This document shows positions 50,601-63,555 of a stretch of DNA of 64,000 nt, one piece after another. The notes beneath the pieces are model-generated. The model saw nothing but the letters and a program-made list of their open reading frames with translations, was not told the DNA's origin and did not search any database. Made by a program: the position numbers and the translations under genes. The DNA comes from Pristiophorus japonicus (Eukaryota): contig NC_091987.1 in NCBI RefSeq assembly GCF_044704955.1, positions 26,288,001 to 26,352,000 of the forward strand. The letters run 5' to 3'. Within the stretch, counting starts at the first letter, position 1; each line of letters begins with the position of its first letter.

Positions 50601-53600
50601 TGGCACCAAGTGCTCCGCCACTGATACCCCTTCAACCTGCCCATCTTTATTCGCCAAAACTAAATTCAAGACCGCCACCTCTCGTGTGGGGCTTGCAACA
50701 TACTGACTAAAAAAGTTCTCTTGAACGCATTTGAAGCTCCCTCTATACACTTCACGCTATATTTGTCCCAATCAATATTTGGATAGTTAAAATCCCCGAA
50801 TATTACCACCCTGTGCTTTAGACTTCGCAGCAATGTGCCTACATATTTGCTCCTCTATCTCCCTCCCACTGTTTAGGGGTCTGTACTGTGATCGCCCATT
50901 TTTTATTTTTCAATTCGACCCATATGGCCTCATTTGATCATCACTCTAACGTATCATCCCTCCTCACCACTGTAATAGTTTATTTAATTAGTACTACAAC
51001 CCCCATATCCCTCCTTTTACCTCCCTCTCTATCTTGACTAAAAATCCTGTAGCCAGGAAGATTGATCTGTCAAACCTGTCAAACAGCCATGTCTCTGTAA
51101 CGGCTATAATGTCATACTTCCAAGTGTCTACCTGTGCTCTTAGCTCATCTGCCTTATCGCTATACTCCTCGCATTAAATTATATACCATTCAGAACAGGA
51201 AGACCCCCTTGCTTACTTCGTACTAAGCCCTGTTTCCTCTGTCTTACAGATTCACTTTCTAGATTCTTGCTATCCAATTCCTGCTTTACTTCCTTCCTTT
51301 TTGAATTCGTTCCCAGGATCCCAACTCTCGGCCAAGCTAGTTTAACTTCTCCCCAACAACACTAGCAAAATTCCCCGTGATGATATTGGTACCTGCGCTG
51401 TTGAAATGCAAGCCGTCCGGTTTGTTCAGGTCCCATCTCCGCCAGACATGGTCCCAATGCTTCAAGAATTTAAAGCCCTCCCTTCTGCATCAACTTACCA
51501 GCCACGTGTTCATCCTCTCTTTCCTTCTACTCTTATACTCATTAGTACGTGGCACCGGTAGTAACCCGCAGATTACTACCTTTGAGGTCCTACGCTTTAA
51601 TTTTCTTCCTCGCTCGCTGAAATCTTCCTGTAAACCTCATTCCTCATTTTACCTACGTCGTTGGTCCCGATATGGACCACGATCTCAAGCTGTTTACCCT
51701 CCCCCTCCAGAATGCCCTGCGTCCGCCTTGTGACATCCTTGACCCTGGCACCAGGGATGCACAAAACCATTCAGGAGTCACGTCTACGGCCGCAGAAACG
51801 CCTGTCTGCTCCCCTAACTATCGAAACCCCTATCACAGGGGCACTTTTTTCGCCGTCCCTCACCCCTGTGCAGCTGGGTCACCCCTGGTGCCTTGGAATT
51901 GCCTCGGGCTGCACTCCCCAGAGGCACCATCGTCCTTACTGATACTCAGAAGTGAATATCGGTTTGAAAGCGGGATGGACTCCCGGGGGTCTCTGCGCTA
52001 GCTGCATAGCACACTTACTACCTCTGGTGGTTACCCACTTCCCCTTGTTTTAAAAAATCGCAAGATCCTGATTAATAAGTTACTGTTGCCAATACAAACA
52101 AACAGTGAAAGCAAAAAGCGTGGGTAATTCATTGGTGACATAAGAATATTAGAAGTAGGAGAAGGAAAAAGCCAGGCGTTCCTTCCACCCTCCTCCGCCA
52201 TTCGATATGATCATAGCTGATCATCGACCTCCACTCCTCTTTTCTGCCCGATCTCCATATCCAGGGATGATGCTCATATCACGTCATGATAAACAGGCAT
52301 GAGGAAGATTGATCGCGTTTTCATTTTGTGCCAAATGGACGGACTGCAACAGCGTCACAGAACCAGCGTAGTTGACCTTTATGGTGACTCGTAGAGCTGC
52401 TGCAACATTTTTTCAATCTCTGCCTCGGCATCTGGAGGCACGGGCTACAATGGAGCTACTGCGCCAGCTAGTGACGGCAATCTGCAACTACATGCACTTG
52501 GCAGTAGCACAGTATTACCGATAAAGTCGGCATTTTGAAGTCATGGCGTGACATAGTTCCATCTTCCAATTATTCTATTCTCAGCTTCAAGTGTTGACGC
52601 TTGTTTCAAAGAACAAGATTGAATTGCACTGCACCGCGGTAGAATTGACGAGTTGGATTATTTAGATCATTAATTGTGCTTTAAAACATAAGAACTTAAG
52701 AAATAGGGGCAGGATAAAGCCATTCAGTCCCTGGAGCCTGCTCCTCCATTCAATAAGATCATCGTTGATCTGATATTGGCCTCAAGTCCAATTCTCTGCC
52801 TGTTCCCAATAACCCTTCAAACCCCTGTAGTTCAAAAATCTATCTCTATCCGCCTTAATTGCATTCAATGAAACAGCCTCGAAAGATATCTGGGATAGAG
52901 TATTCCAAAGTTCACGATAATTTGAGAGAGGAAATTCCTCCTAATAATGTCTTAAATGGGCGACCCCTCATTCACAAACACACCCCTTGTTTCTAGAAGC
53001 CGCCACGAGGGGAAACATCGGATCAGCGTCTCCCCTGTCAAGTCCCCTCAGAATGTAAACTCCAATGACTGTAGCCCAAAACAGCTCAACCTTTCCTCAT
53101 AAGACAAGGCTTCATCTCCGGAATGAACCCAGTGAAATTTATCTGAACGGCCTACAATGCAACTATATCACTCCTAAAATAAAGAGACCAAAACTGCTCT
53201 AGGTGTGGTCTCACCAACGCCCTGTACAGTTGTAGCAAGACTTCCTTACATGCATACTCCATCCCCTTGCAATAAAGACCAACATTCCATTTGCCTTCCT
53301 AATTATTTGCTGTACCTGCATACTAACTTTTTGTGTTTCATGTACGAGGATACCCAGATCGCACTGCGCCACAGCATTCTGTAGTCTCTCTCCATTTGAA
53401 TAATAATTTGCTTTTTTATTCTTCCTACGAAAGTGGATTACCTCACCTTTTCCAACATTGTACCCCATCTGCCAAATCATTGCCCACTTACTTAACCTGT
53501 CTATATCCTTTTGCAGGCTCGTTGTGTCCTTTTTACATCGTGCTTCCCTACCCATTATTGTATCATCAGTAAATTTGGCTACATTATACTATACTCCGTC

Positions 53601-53664
53601 TTTTCATCCAAGTCGTTTTATTCGGACAAATCTAGAAACATGATTACAAATGCATGTAATACAC

Positions 53665-53710
53665 TTAAAGGCAGAAAGAGAAAACCAAGGATGATGGAAG
53701 TGAAGTGCAT
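53665..53710 (-). pseudogene. Leader-like exon MHFTSIILGFLFLPL (unit 3)
   Basis: Duplicate of 35567-35612. Confidence 0.55.
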
Positions 53711-56700
53711 CGTTGCTGCAGATGTAATACACATTCGGCTGTTTGATGCGGCTTTCATGGAGAGACGCTGTTTGAGAGCAGGCAAAATATAACGTAATAA
53801 GCGGAAGTTATTTCATGGTAATTGGCGATGGCTTGTCCTGAGCTTTTGTTTCTCTCTTTCTTCCTTTAATTCGTTGTTTATTTATGTCATTCTAACTTGC
53901 ATTTCTATTGCGCGTCTCATGACTTCAGAATGTTCCCAAGAATTTTACAACCAATAAAGTGCAGTCACTGTTGCAATGTAGGAAACGCGGTGGTCAATTG
54001 CAAAGAGCAAGCTCCTACAAACAGCAATGTGATAATTACCAGATATTCTGTTTTAATTATTTTGCCTCAGGAATAAACAGTGCTCAGGACACCATGCGAA
54101 CTTTTCTGCTCTTCGAAATACTGTCAGTGAGGAATTTTACGTCCACTTGAGAGTTTACTTACACCCTCTGTACTCCCACTGCGACAGTTCTGCACCAGCT
54201 CAGCACTGCGCCTTCAAGAGTGCAGCATTCCCTCAATACTGCCGCTTCGACGGGGCAACTGTCCCTCAGTACTGGTCCTCCAACAATACAGCATTCCATC
54301 AGTACTGTCCCTCTGACAGTGCGGCGCTCCCTCAGCGCTACACTTGTGACAATGCAGCACTCACTCGGTAGTGCACGTCAGACAGTGCAGCATTCCCTCA
54401 GTACTGCCCCTCAGATAGTGCAGCACCTCCTCAGTACTGCCCCTCCGACAGTGCAGCACTCCCTCAGTAGTGCGCCTCCGGCAGTGCAGCGCTCCCTCAG
54501 TAGTGCGCCTCAGACAGTGCAACACTCCCTCAGTACTGTCGCTCCAACAGTGCGGCGCTCCCTCAGTACTGTCCCTGTGACAGTGCGGTGCTCCCTCAGT
54601 ACTGTCCCTGTGACAGTGCAGCAATCCCTGAGTACTACACTTCCGACGGTGCAGCGCTCCCTCAGTACTGTCCCTGTGACAGTGCAGCATTCCCTGAGTA
54701 CTACCCCTCCGACGGTGCAGCGCTCCCTCAGTACTGTCCCTGTGACAGTGCAGCACTGCCTCAGTACTGCCCCTCCGGAGGCAGTTGTTTGGGAGTCTTG
54801 TGTCAGGCATGCGAGCATTGTGGCTCGCCCAACGGAGCTGATCAAGTGTGGTCAGTGCTTCGATGCTGTGGATGTTGGACTGATCAAGGACACTAACGTT
54901 GATGCTTCTGTTCTCCCAGCAGATTTGCAGGATCTTGTGGAGACGTCGTTAGTGGTATTTCTCCAGCGACTTGCGATGTCTACTGTATATGGTCCACATC
55001 TCTGTGCCATACAGCAGGGCAAGTATCACTACAGCCTTTTAGACCATGAGCTTGGTGGTAGATTTGAAAGCATGATCTTTGAAAACTCTTTTCCTCAGGT
55101 GGCCGAAGGCTGCGCTGGCGCACTGGAGGCAGTGTTGAATCTCGTTGTTGATGTCTGCCCTTGCTGATAATAGGTTCCTGTGGTATGGAAAGTGCTCCAC
55201 GTTGTCCAGGGCCGCGCCATGGTTCTTGATGAATGTGGGGCAGTGCTGTGTGTCGGGGTCAGGTTGCTGGAGGTCTTCTGGATGTTTCGTGTAAGCCCCA
55301 TGCAATTGTACGCCTCAGTGAAGATGTTGACTATGACTTGGAGTTCAGTCTCCGAAAGTGTGCAGATACATGCGTCATCCGCATACTGTAGTTTGACGAC
55401 AGTGGTTGGAACGGTCTTCGATCTGGCCTGGAGATTCTGAAGGTTGAAAAGGTTGCCACTGATTCCATAGTTTAGTTGCACACATATGCTTTTGATACCT
55501 GGCTCAGACGATGATACAGTTGAGCAGGTGCCAGTGTTTAGAGCGAGCATGTTGCCATGATGCATTGTACTTATCCTTCTGGCAGAACAAGGGTTAGTGA
55601 TAACATTTTGTCATTTTGTCAGGAGCAGGGTACCGCTGGAATTGTTTTCCCTACCCGCTCTCTGCTGATCATGGCTCCATAAAGGGCTGCGTCCTTGCCG
55701 ACCCTGTCAGTCAAGTCACCGAGGAGGATTAGTTTTTCATCTGCAGATATGCAGGAGAAGGATTTTTTGAGATGTTAAAACCCTCTTTGATATCATCTAA
55801 TGCATCCGAGTGTTGGGGTGTAAGCTCTGATGACTGTGGCGCATTGGTTCTGGGATAGGCTGAGTCTGAGAGTTATGAGACATTCGCTAATCTTGCAGGG
55901 AGAGTCTCTGAGGCGGTCGACCAGCTCGTTCTTGATCGCGAAATTGACTCTTTGGAGGCGGCGTTATTCCTCTGGTTTGCCTTTCGAGAAGTTGCTATCA
56001 CCTCTACCTTGTTCCTTGAGCTGGCCTTCCCCTGCCCGCCAGGTCTCTCTTAGGGTGGCGATGTTGCCAATGAAGCATCTAATTTCCCGGGAAACTATGG
56101 AGGTGTGGCGCTCCGGTCTGTCAGTGAGGGCCCTGACATTCCAGGTCCCGAAATTCATATTGAAGGTTGCAAGATACTTGTGCGTGATTTATTTTCACAT
56201 GGGTTGGCAGTTGCACACCGACTACCACATGGACTATGCTGAACAATGTCTTCGTTCAGTGACAAGAGGCTCCAAGATGGCCAGTGACCAGGCACTGCTG
56301 TATGAGCCTAATTCCCTATGGTGAGTTGCGGGCTGTAAGCTCGGCTCTGAGCTGCGCCCTTCCGTGAGGTCGTAATTGATCCGAGGCTTGGCTGGGGGCA
56401 GGCATTGGGAAGGTCAGAGATCGAATTTGTGGAAAGAGGTGAGCTCAGAGAGGTGACAGCCAATGTGCTCACCACCTGCTACGGGAGTAGAGGCCCGGTC
56501 GCCGCTGGATGGATGGAGACCCGCTCATCGATGGATGGAAGGAGGCCCCATCGTCGCCAATGCGTGGAGGCCCGGAGGGAAGGCTCGTGCGTGCGTTAAG
56601 CCCAATGCTGCTTTAGTAACAGGTCGATGGTTCACAGGGGGTCGCTTGGAGCAGCTGAGTCGTCTGTAGGGGAGCGAAAAGCGAGGGTTCAGATGGAGGA

Positions 56701-56756
56701 ACTTGTTGGGAGGACGTCGTAATGAATTTGTTAAGGAAAAGGATATCAGAAACAAT

Positions 56757-59005
56757 GATAGAAACATAGAAACATAGAAAATAGGTGCAGGAGTAGGCCA
56801 TTCGGCGCCTCAAGCTTGCGCCACTTTTCAATAGGTCATGGATGATCATTCACCTCTGTACCCCGTTCCTGCTTTCTCTCCATACCCTTGGTCCCTTTAG
56901 CCGTAAGGGTCAAATCTAACTCCCTCTTCAATAAATCCATTGAACTTACATCAACAATTCTCTGCGGTAGGGAATTCTACAGGTTAACAACTCTCTCATG
57001 AAGAAGTTTTTCCTCATCTCAGTCCTAAATGACTTACTCCTTATCCTTAGACTGTGTCCCCTGATTCTGGACTTCCCCAACATCGGGAACATTCTTCCTG
57101 CATCTAACCTGTCCAGTTCCGTCAGAATTTTATATGTTTCTATGAGATCCCCTCCCATCCTTCTAAACTCCAGTGAATACAGGCCTAGTCGATCCAGTCT
57201 CTCCTCATATGTCAGTCCTGCCATCCGGGGAATCATTCTGGTGAACCTTCGCTGCACTCCCTCAATAGCAAGAACATCCTTCCTCAGATTAGGAGACCAA
57301 AACTGAAAACAATATTCCAGGTGAGGCCTCACCAAGGCCCTGTACAACTGCAGTAAGACCTCCCTGCTCCTATACTTGAATCCCCTAGCTATGAAGGCCA
57401 ACATACCATTTGCCTTCTTCACTGCCTACTGTGCCTGCATGCCAACTTTCAATGACCAATGTACCAAGACACCCAGGCCTCATTGCACCTCCCCTTTTCC
57501 TAATTTGCCGTCATTCAGATAATAATCTACCTTCGTGTTTTTGTCACCAAAGTGGATGAGCTCAGATTTATCCACATTATACTGCATCTACCATGCGTTT
57601 CCCACTCACCTATCATGTCCAAGTCCCCCTGAAGACTTTTAGCGTCCTCCAAACAGCTCACACCGCCACCCAGCTTCGTGTCATCTGCAAACTTGGAGAT
57701 ATTACACTCAATTCCCTCATCAAAATCATTAATGTATATTGTTAACAGCTGGAGTCCCAGCACTGAGTCCTGTGGCACCACACTAGTCACTGCTTGCCAT
57801 TCTGAAAAATACCTGTTTACCCTGACTCTCTGCTTCCTGTCTGCCAACCACTTCTCTATCCACGTCAGTATATTACCCCCAAAACCATGTGCTTTAATTT
57901 TGCACACCAATCTGTTGTGTGGGACGTTGTGAAAAGCCTTTTGAAAATCCAAATACACCACATTCACTGGTTCTCCCTTGTCCACTCTACCAGTTACATC
58001 CTCAAAAATTTCTTGAAGATTTGTCAAGCCAGATTTCCCTTTCAGAGATCCATGCTGACTTGGACCGATCCTGTCACTGCTCTCCAAATGTGCTGTTATT
58101 TTATCTTTAATAATTGATTCCAACATTTTCCCCACGAATGATGTCAGGCTAACCGATTTGTAATTACCCGTTTTATCTCTCCCTCCTTTCTTAAAAAATT
58201 GTGTTACATTAGCTATCCTGCAGTCCATAGAACCGATCCAGATTCGATAGACTGTTCGAAAATGATCACCAATGCATCCACTCTTTCAAGAGCCATTTTT
58301 TAAAGTATTCTGGGATGCAGACTATCAAGCCCTGGTGATTTAGCGAGCTTCAATCCCATCAATTTCTCTAACACAATCTCCCGCCTAATAAGGATTTCCT
58401 TCAGTTCCACCTTCTTACTAGACCCTCGGTCCCCTAGTATTTCCAGAAGATTATTTGTGTCTTCCTTCGTGAAGACAGAAGCAAAGTATTTGTTTAACTG
58501 GTCCACCATTTCTTTTTTTCCCCATCATAAATTCACCTGAATCTGACTGCAAGGGACCCACGTTTTTTTACACTAATCTTTTTCTCTTCACATATCTATA
58601 GAAGCTTTTGCAGTCAGTTTTTATGTTCCCGGCAAGCTACCACTCATACTCTACTTTCCCCCTCCTAATTAAGCCCTTTGTCCTCCTCTGCTGTACTATA
58701 AAATTCTCCCAGTCCTTGGGTTTGCTGTTTTTTCTGCCAATTTATATGCCTCTTCCTTGGATTTAACACTATCCTTAATGTCCCTTGTTAGCCACGGTTG
58801 AGCCACCTTCCCCGTTTTACTTTTACTTTTACTTTTACTCCAAACAGGGATGTTCAATTGCTGCAGTTCTTCCATGTGATCTTTAAATGTTTGCCATTGC
58901 CTATCCACCGCCAACCCTTTATGTATCACTCGCCAGTCTATTCTAGCCAATTCACGACTCATACCATCGAAGTTACCTTTCATTAAGTTCAGAACCCAAG
59001 TCTCC
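56757..59005 (-). mobile_element. 5'-truncated CR1 (ORF2 fragments), right-hand parent of the duplication junctions
   Basis: ORFs 56946-57422, 57527-58228 and 58696-59052 with RT motifs; (CATAGAAA)n tail. Confidence 0.9.
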
Positions 59006-59204
59006 ATCTTACTAAAAATTCTATCAGTAGCAACATAGGTTAACAAGGCCACAGAAAAAGAAAATCCAATCTAGGGTTTATTTATTGAGGGATTGAATTG
59101 AAAACTACACAATTTATGCTGAATCTGTATCGAATCTTGATTATACCTCACTTGGAGTACTGCGCACAACTCTGGTTGCCATATTAGAAAACGTACGTGG
59201 AAGT

Positions 59205-59598
59205 ATTCATTGGAGTTCAGAAGAATGAGAGGGGTTAGACAGGTTAGATGCAGGAAGAATGTTCCCAATGTTGGGGAAGTCCAGAACCAGAGGTCACAGT
59301 CTAAGGATAAGGGGTAAGCCATTTAGGACCGAGATGCGGAGGAACTTCTGCACCCAGAGAGTGGTGAACCTGTGGAATTCTCTACCACAGAAAGTTGTTG
59401 AGGCCAATTCACTAAATATATTCAAAAAGGAGTTAGATGAGGTCCTTACTACTAGGGGGATCAAGGGGTATGGCGAGAAAGCAGGAATGGGGTACTGAAG
59501 TTGAATGTTCAGCCATGAACTCATTGAATTGCGGTGCAGGCTAGAAGGGCCGAATGGCCTACTCCTGCACCTATTTTCTATGTTTCTATGTTTCTATG
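59205..59598 (+). mobile_element. Young CR1 3' end nested in an older CR1 fragment (~59030-60050)
   Basis: Nearly identical to 7210-7645 apart from a short internal deletion. Confidence 0.85.
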
Positions 59599-60181
59599 TA
59601 CCGGAGAGGGTTCAACAAGATTTAGAAGGTTGATACCAGAAATGCAAGGGAATATCAGAAAGAATGAACAGGCTGGGTGTCTTTACTCTTGAAAAGAGAT
59701 GGTTGAGGGGTGACATAACAGAGGTCTTTAAAATTTTGAAAAGTTTTGATAGATTAGAAACATAGGGGATGTTTCCAGTTGTGCGGAAGAGCAAAACTAG
59801 AGTCTATCAATATGAGTCACCAAGAAATCAAATACGGAATTCAGAAGAAACGTCTTTACCCACAGAGTGGTGAGACAATGTGAAAAACGCTACTGCAAGG
59901 AGTGGTTGAAGCGAATAATATGGTGCCTCTAAGGGGAGGCTAAACAAGCATACATGGGAGAAGGGGTCAAAGGGACATGCTCATTGAGTTAGATGAGGAA
60001 ACATGGAAGGAAGCTGGAGTGGACATTTTGGGCCGAATTACCCTATGTAATTGTATATAATTCTATCGCACCTTTCACTAACCCGTGAAGTCCCCAGGCA
60101 CAAAACAGGCAATTCACAATTCTGAACTGTTGTTTCTGTTGCAATGCAGAAAACGTGGCTGTGAATGTGCACCCGGCTTCT

Positions 60182-62040
60182 TCACAGTCTGATTGGCAGT
60201 CCCGCCCCCTCACATTCTGATTGCCAGTCCCGCACCCTCACAGTCTAATTGGCAGTCCAGCCCCCTAACATTCTGATTGGCAGTCCCGCCCCATCACAAT
60301 CTGATTGGCAGTCCCGCCCCCTCACAGTCTGATTGGCAGTCCCGTCCCCTCACAGTCGAATTGGCAGTCCCGCCCCATCACAATCTGATTGGTAGTCCCG
60401 CCCCCTCACAGTCTGATTGGCAGTCGCTCCCCCTCACAGTCTGATTGGCAGTTCCGCCCTCTCGCAATTTGATTGGCAGTTCCGTCCCCTCACAGTCAGA
60501 TTGGCAGTCCCGCCCCCTCACAATCTGATTGGCAGTCCCGCCCCCTCACAGTCAGATTTGCAGTCCCACCCCCTCACACTCTGATTGGCAGCCCCGCCCC
60601 ATCACAAACTGATTGGCAGTCCCGCCCCCTGACAGTCTGATTGGAAAACCCGCCCCTTACAATTTGATTGGCAGTCCCGCCCATAAAATCTGATGGGCAG
60701 TCCTGGCCGGTCACAGTCTGATTGGCAGTCCTGCCCTCTCACAGTCTGTTTCGCAGCCCCGCCCCCTCACAGTCTGATTGGTAGCCCCGCCACCTCACAA
60801 TCTGTTTGGCAGCTCCGCCCCCTCACAAACTGATTGGCAGCCTCGCCCCCTCACAGTCTGATTGGCAGTCCCGCACCCTCACGATCTGATTGGCAGTCCC
60901 GCCCCATCACAATCTGATTGGCAGTCCCGTCCCCAAACAGTCAAATTGGCAGTCCCGCCCCCTCACGATCTGATTGGCAGTCCCGCCCGCTCACAGTCTA
61001 ATTGGCAGTCCCGCCCCATCACAATCTGATTGGCAGTCCCGCCCCCTCACAGTCTGATTGGCAGTCCCGCCCCCTCACAGTCTGATTGGCAGTTCCGCCC
61101 TCTCGCAATTTGATTGGCAGTTCCCTCCCCTCACTGTCGGATTGGCAATCCAGCCCCCTCACAATCTGATTGGCAGTCCCGCCCCCTCACAGTCAGATTT
61201 GCAGTCCCGCCCCCTCACACTCTGATTGGCAGTCCCGCCCCCTCACAATCTGATTGTCAGCCCCGCCCCATCACAAACTGATTGGCAGTCCCGCCCCCTG
61301 ACAGTCTGATTGGAAAACCCGCCCTTTACAATTTGATTGGCAGTCCCGCCCATAAAATCTGGTGGGTAGTCCTGGCCGGTCACAGTCTGATTGGCAGTCC
61401 TGCCCTCACACAGTCTGATTCGCAGCCCCGCCCCCTCACAGTCTGATTGGTAGCCCCGCCCCCTTACAATCTGATTGGCAGCTCCGCGTCCTCACAAACT
61501 GATTGGCAGCCTCGCCCCTTCACAGTCTGATTGGCAGTCCCGCACCCTCACAGTCAAATTGGCAGTCCCGCCCCCTCACATTCTGATCGGCAGTCCCGCC
61601 ACATCACAATCTGATTGGCAGTCCCGCCCCCTCAAAGTCTGATTGGCAGTCGCGCCCCCTCACAGTCTGATTGTCAGTTCCGCCTTCTCGCAATTTGATT
61701 GGCAGTCCCGCCCCCTCACAATCTGATTGGCAGTCCCGCCCCCTCACAGTCAGATTTGCAGTCCCGCCCCCTCACACTCTGATTGGCAGTCCCGCCCCCT
61801 CAGAGTCTGATTGGCAGTCCCGCCCCCTGACAGTCTGTTTGGACAACCCACCTCTCACAATTTGATTGGCAGTCCCGCCCCATAAAATCTGATTGGCAGT
61901 CCTGGCCGGTCACAGTCTGATTGGCAGTCCTGCCCCCTCACAATTTGATTGGCAATCCCGTTCCATTTCAGTCTGATTGACAGTCCCGCTCCTGATATTT
62001 TGATTAACAGCCCAATCTCCTCACTGGCTGATTGACAGCC
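60182..62040. repeat. 28-bp minisatellite (TCACAGTCTGATTGGCAGTCCCGCCCCC)n, about 66 units
   Basis: Unit starts at 60182, 60210, 60238 and so on; a variant block recurs at 60641 and 61310. Confidence 0.95.
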
Positions 62041-62106
62041 GACAACTCCCTGATAGTGGGGAGTTTTGGTATGAAACAGATGGCGATGGTTCCTTCATTG
62101 GCGATT

Positions 62107-62267
62107 TTTTTTTGTCACGGTGCTAAGCGGCTCTGAAACACTGTGATCCCCATCACCGGTGGCACAGAAATACACCGCTGAGTCAGCAGCTTTGACTCCG
62201 CCTATCTGCAGCCCGGACTTGTTACTAGTCACACTTCGGGTGATGCTAAGCCCGGAGTCATAACCCT
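62107..62267 (-). pseudogene. 3' half of a TRBV exon with an intact 23-RSS, disrupted by an LTR element
   Basis: GYDSGLSITRSVTSNKSGLQIGGVKAADSAVYFCATGDGD; CACAGTG (62145-62139), 23-nt spacer, ACAAAAAAA (62115-62107). Confidence 0.85.
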
Positions 62268-63497
62268 TGTTATTTCTCAAATAAAGCAATGTGACTGAGT
62301 ACTGTGGACTTGAGTAAGTCTGACATTAGTATCTTTATTCTGACTCCAGAGTGCTGGTACAGCATGGGAGGCCTGCTTATATGCAGTGCTCCCAAGGGAT
62401 GCTGGCGCACGCAAGACTCCAAATCTGAGTCGATGCCGGGCCACCGCACATGGGATCTGGCTATAGTTTTCATCATTACTATGAATGGGTGGGTACTGTG
62501 TAGGTCACGTGTGAACGTTTACCTGCCTTTTTTAGGCAAAACCACACGATGACCCCACAAAAGACAGTCCGCCTGTATGGACATTTTGTCTTTCTGCCGT
62601 TGGAACAGCTTGATCTCTTCTTGCATCTCTGCTGGGATGCTGGAACAGCTCCCTTGAAGGACAGAGTTTTTTACAAGGGACAGTAAAGGATTTTGGCTGG
62701 TCCAGGTCCTGATCTGGCAGGCCGAGCAGGTAACTTTGCGTTTTCAAATGCATCCATCACCAAGAGCAAGTCTGCCGGCTGTGCCATTTTACCCCGGTGG
62801 TGGGCAATGGTATCCGACTGAGAGTATCAGTGCAGTTCTGTGGCGAATTACACAGTTATGTGCAGACAGTGTGAGCGCCCATCATTGGATGCGAGCAAAG
62901 GCATTGCTATTAATACCTTTGCTCTCTGAGAATAGCGATATGAGCGGCTTCTGGTCAGTTTCTAACTCGAACTTAAACCCAAACAGATGCTGGTGCATTT
63001 TTTTTTTACCCCGCATACGCATGTCAGAGCTTCTTCTTCAATAATGCTGTAGGCCCTTTCAACCTTGGACAAAGTCCTGGATGCATAAGCGACCGGTTGC
63101 AATGTTCCCAATTCGTTTGCTTGTTGTAACACACACCCGACCCAGTACGAAGATGCATCGCAAGCTAGCACTAAACGTTTACATGAGTCATACAGAACAA
63201 GCAGTTTGTCGGAACATACACAGATTTCTGGCTTTCTCAATAGCAGTCTCTTGTGATTTCCCCCATACCCAGTCATTTCCCTTGTGTTGCAAAACATGTA
63301 GAGGTTCTAGCAAGGTGCTTTACCCGGGTAGGAAATTAACAAACTAATTGAGAAACCCCAGGAAGACCACAGCTCCGTCACGTTCTGTGGTCTTGGTGCA
63401 TTCTTGATGGCCTCCGTCTTGGCGTCGGTGGGTCTGATGCTGTCAGCCGCAATCCTTCTCCCTAAGAACTCGACCTCTGGCGCCAGGAAAACACATT
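62268..63497 (-). mobile_element. Gypsy-type LTR retrotransposon relic (partial LTR 62268-~62405; integrase, RNase H and RT fragments)
   Basis: LVLACDASSY.VGCVL, PVAYASRTL..ER.YS, MK.IARSHV.WPGID.D.E; LTR end ...TAACA with TATA and AATAAA. Confidence 0.85.
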
Positions 63498-63555
63498 GGA
63501 ATTCAGAAGAATGAGAGGTGATCTTATAGAAATGTATAAGATTATGAGGGGGCTT

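Larger units (their letters stand above)
30440..57570. repeat. Three-copy tandem segmental duplication, units ~30440-39468, 39469-48536 and 48537-57565
   Basis: Same order of CR1, unique DNA, leader, SINE, minisatellite, RTE and CR1 in each unit; marker ATTTATCCAC at 30441, 39469, 48537 and 57566. Confidence 0.95.

Noticed and set aside
60182-62040. CRISPR-like array or array of cryptic RSS (CACAGTC)
   Set aside because: Head-to-tail repeats without unique spacers in a vertebrate context; no nonamer at 12 or 23 nt
62268-62289. N-terminal part of ORF 62095-62289 (MLYLRNN) as V sequence
   Set aside because: It is LTR terminus read in frame; V homology starts at 62267
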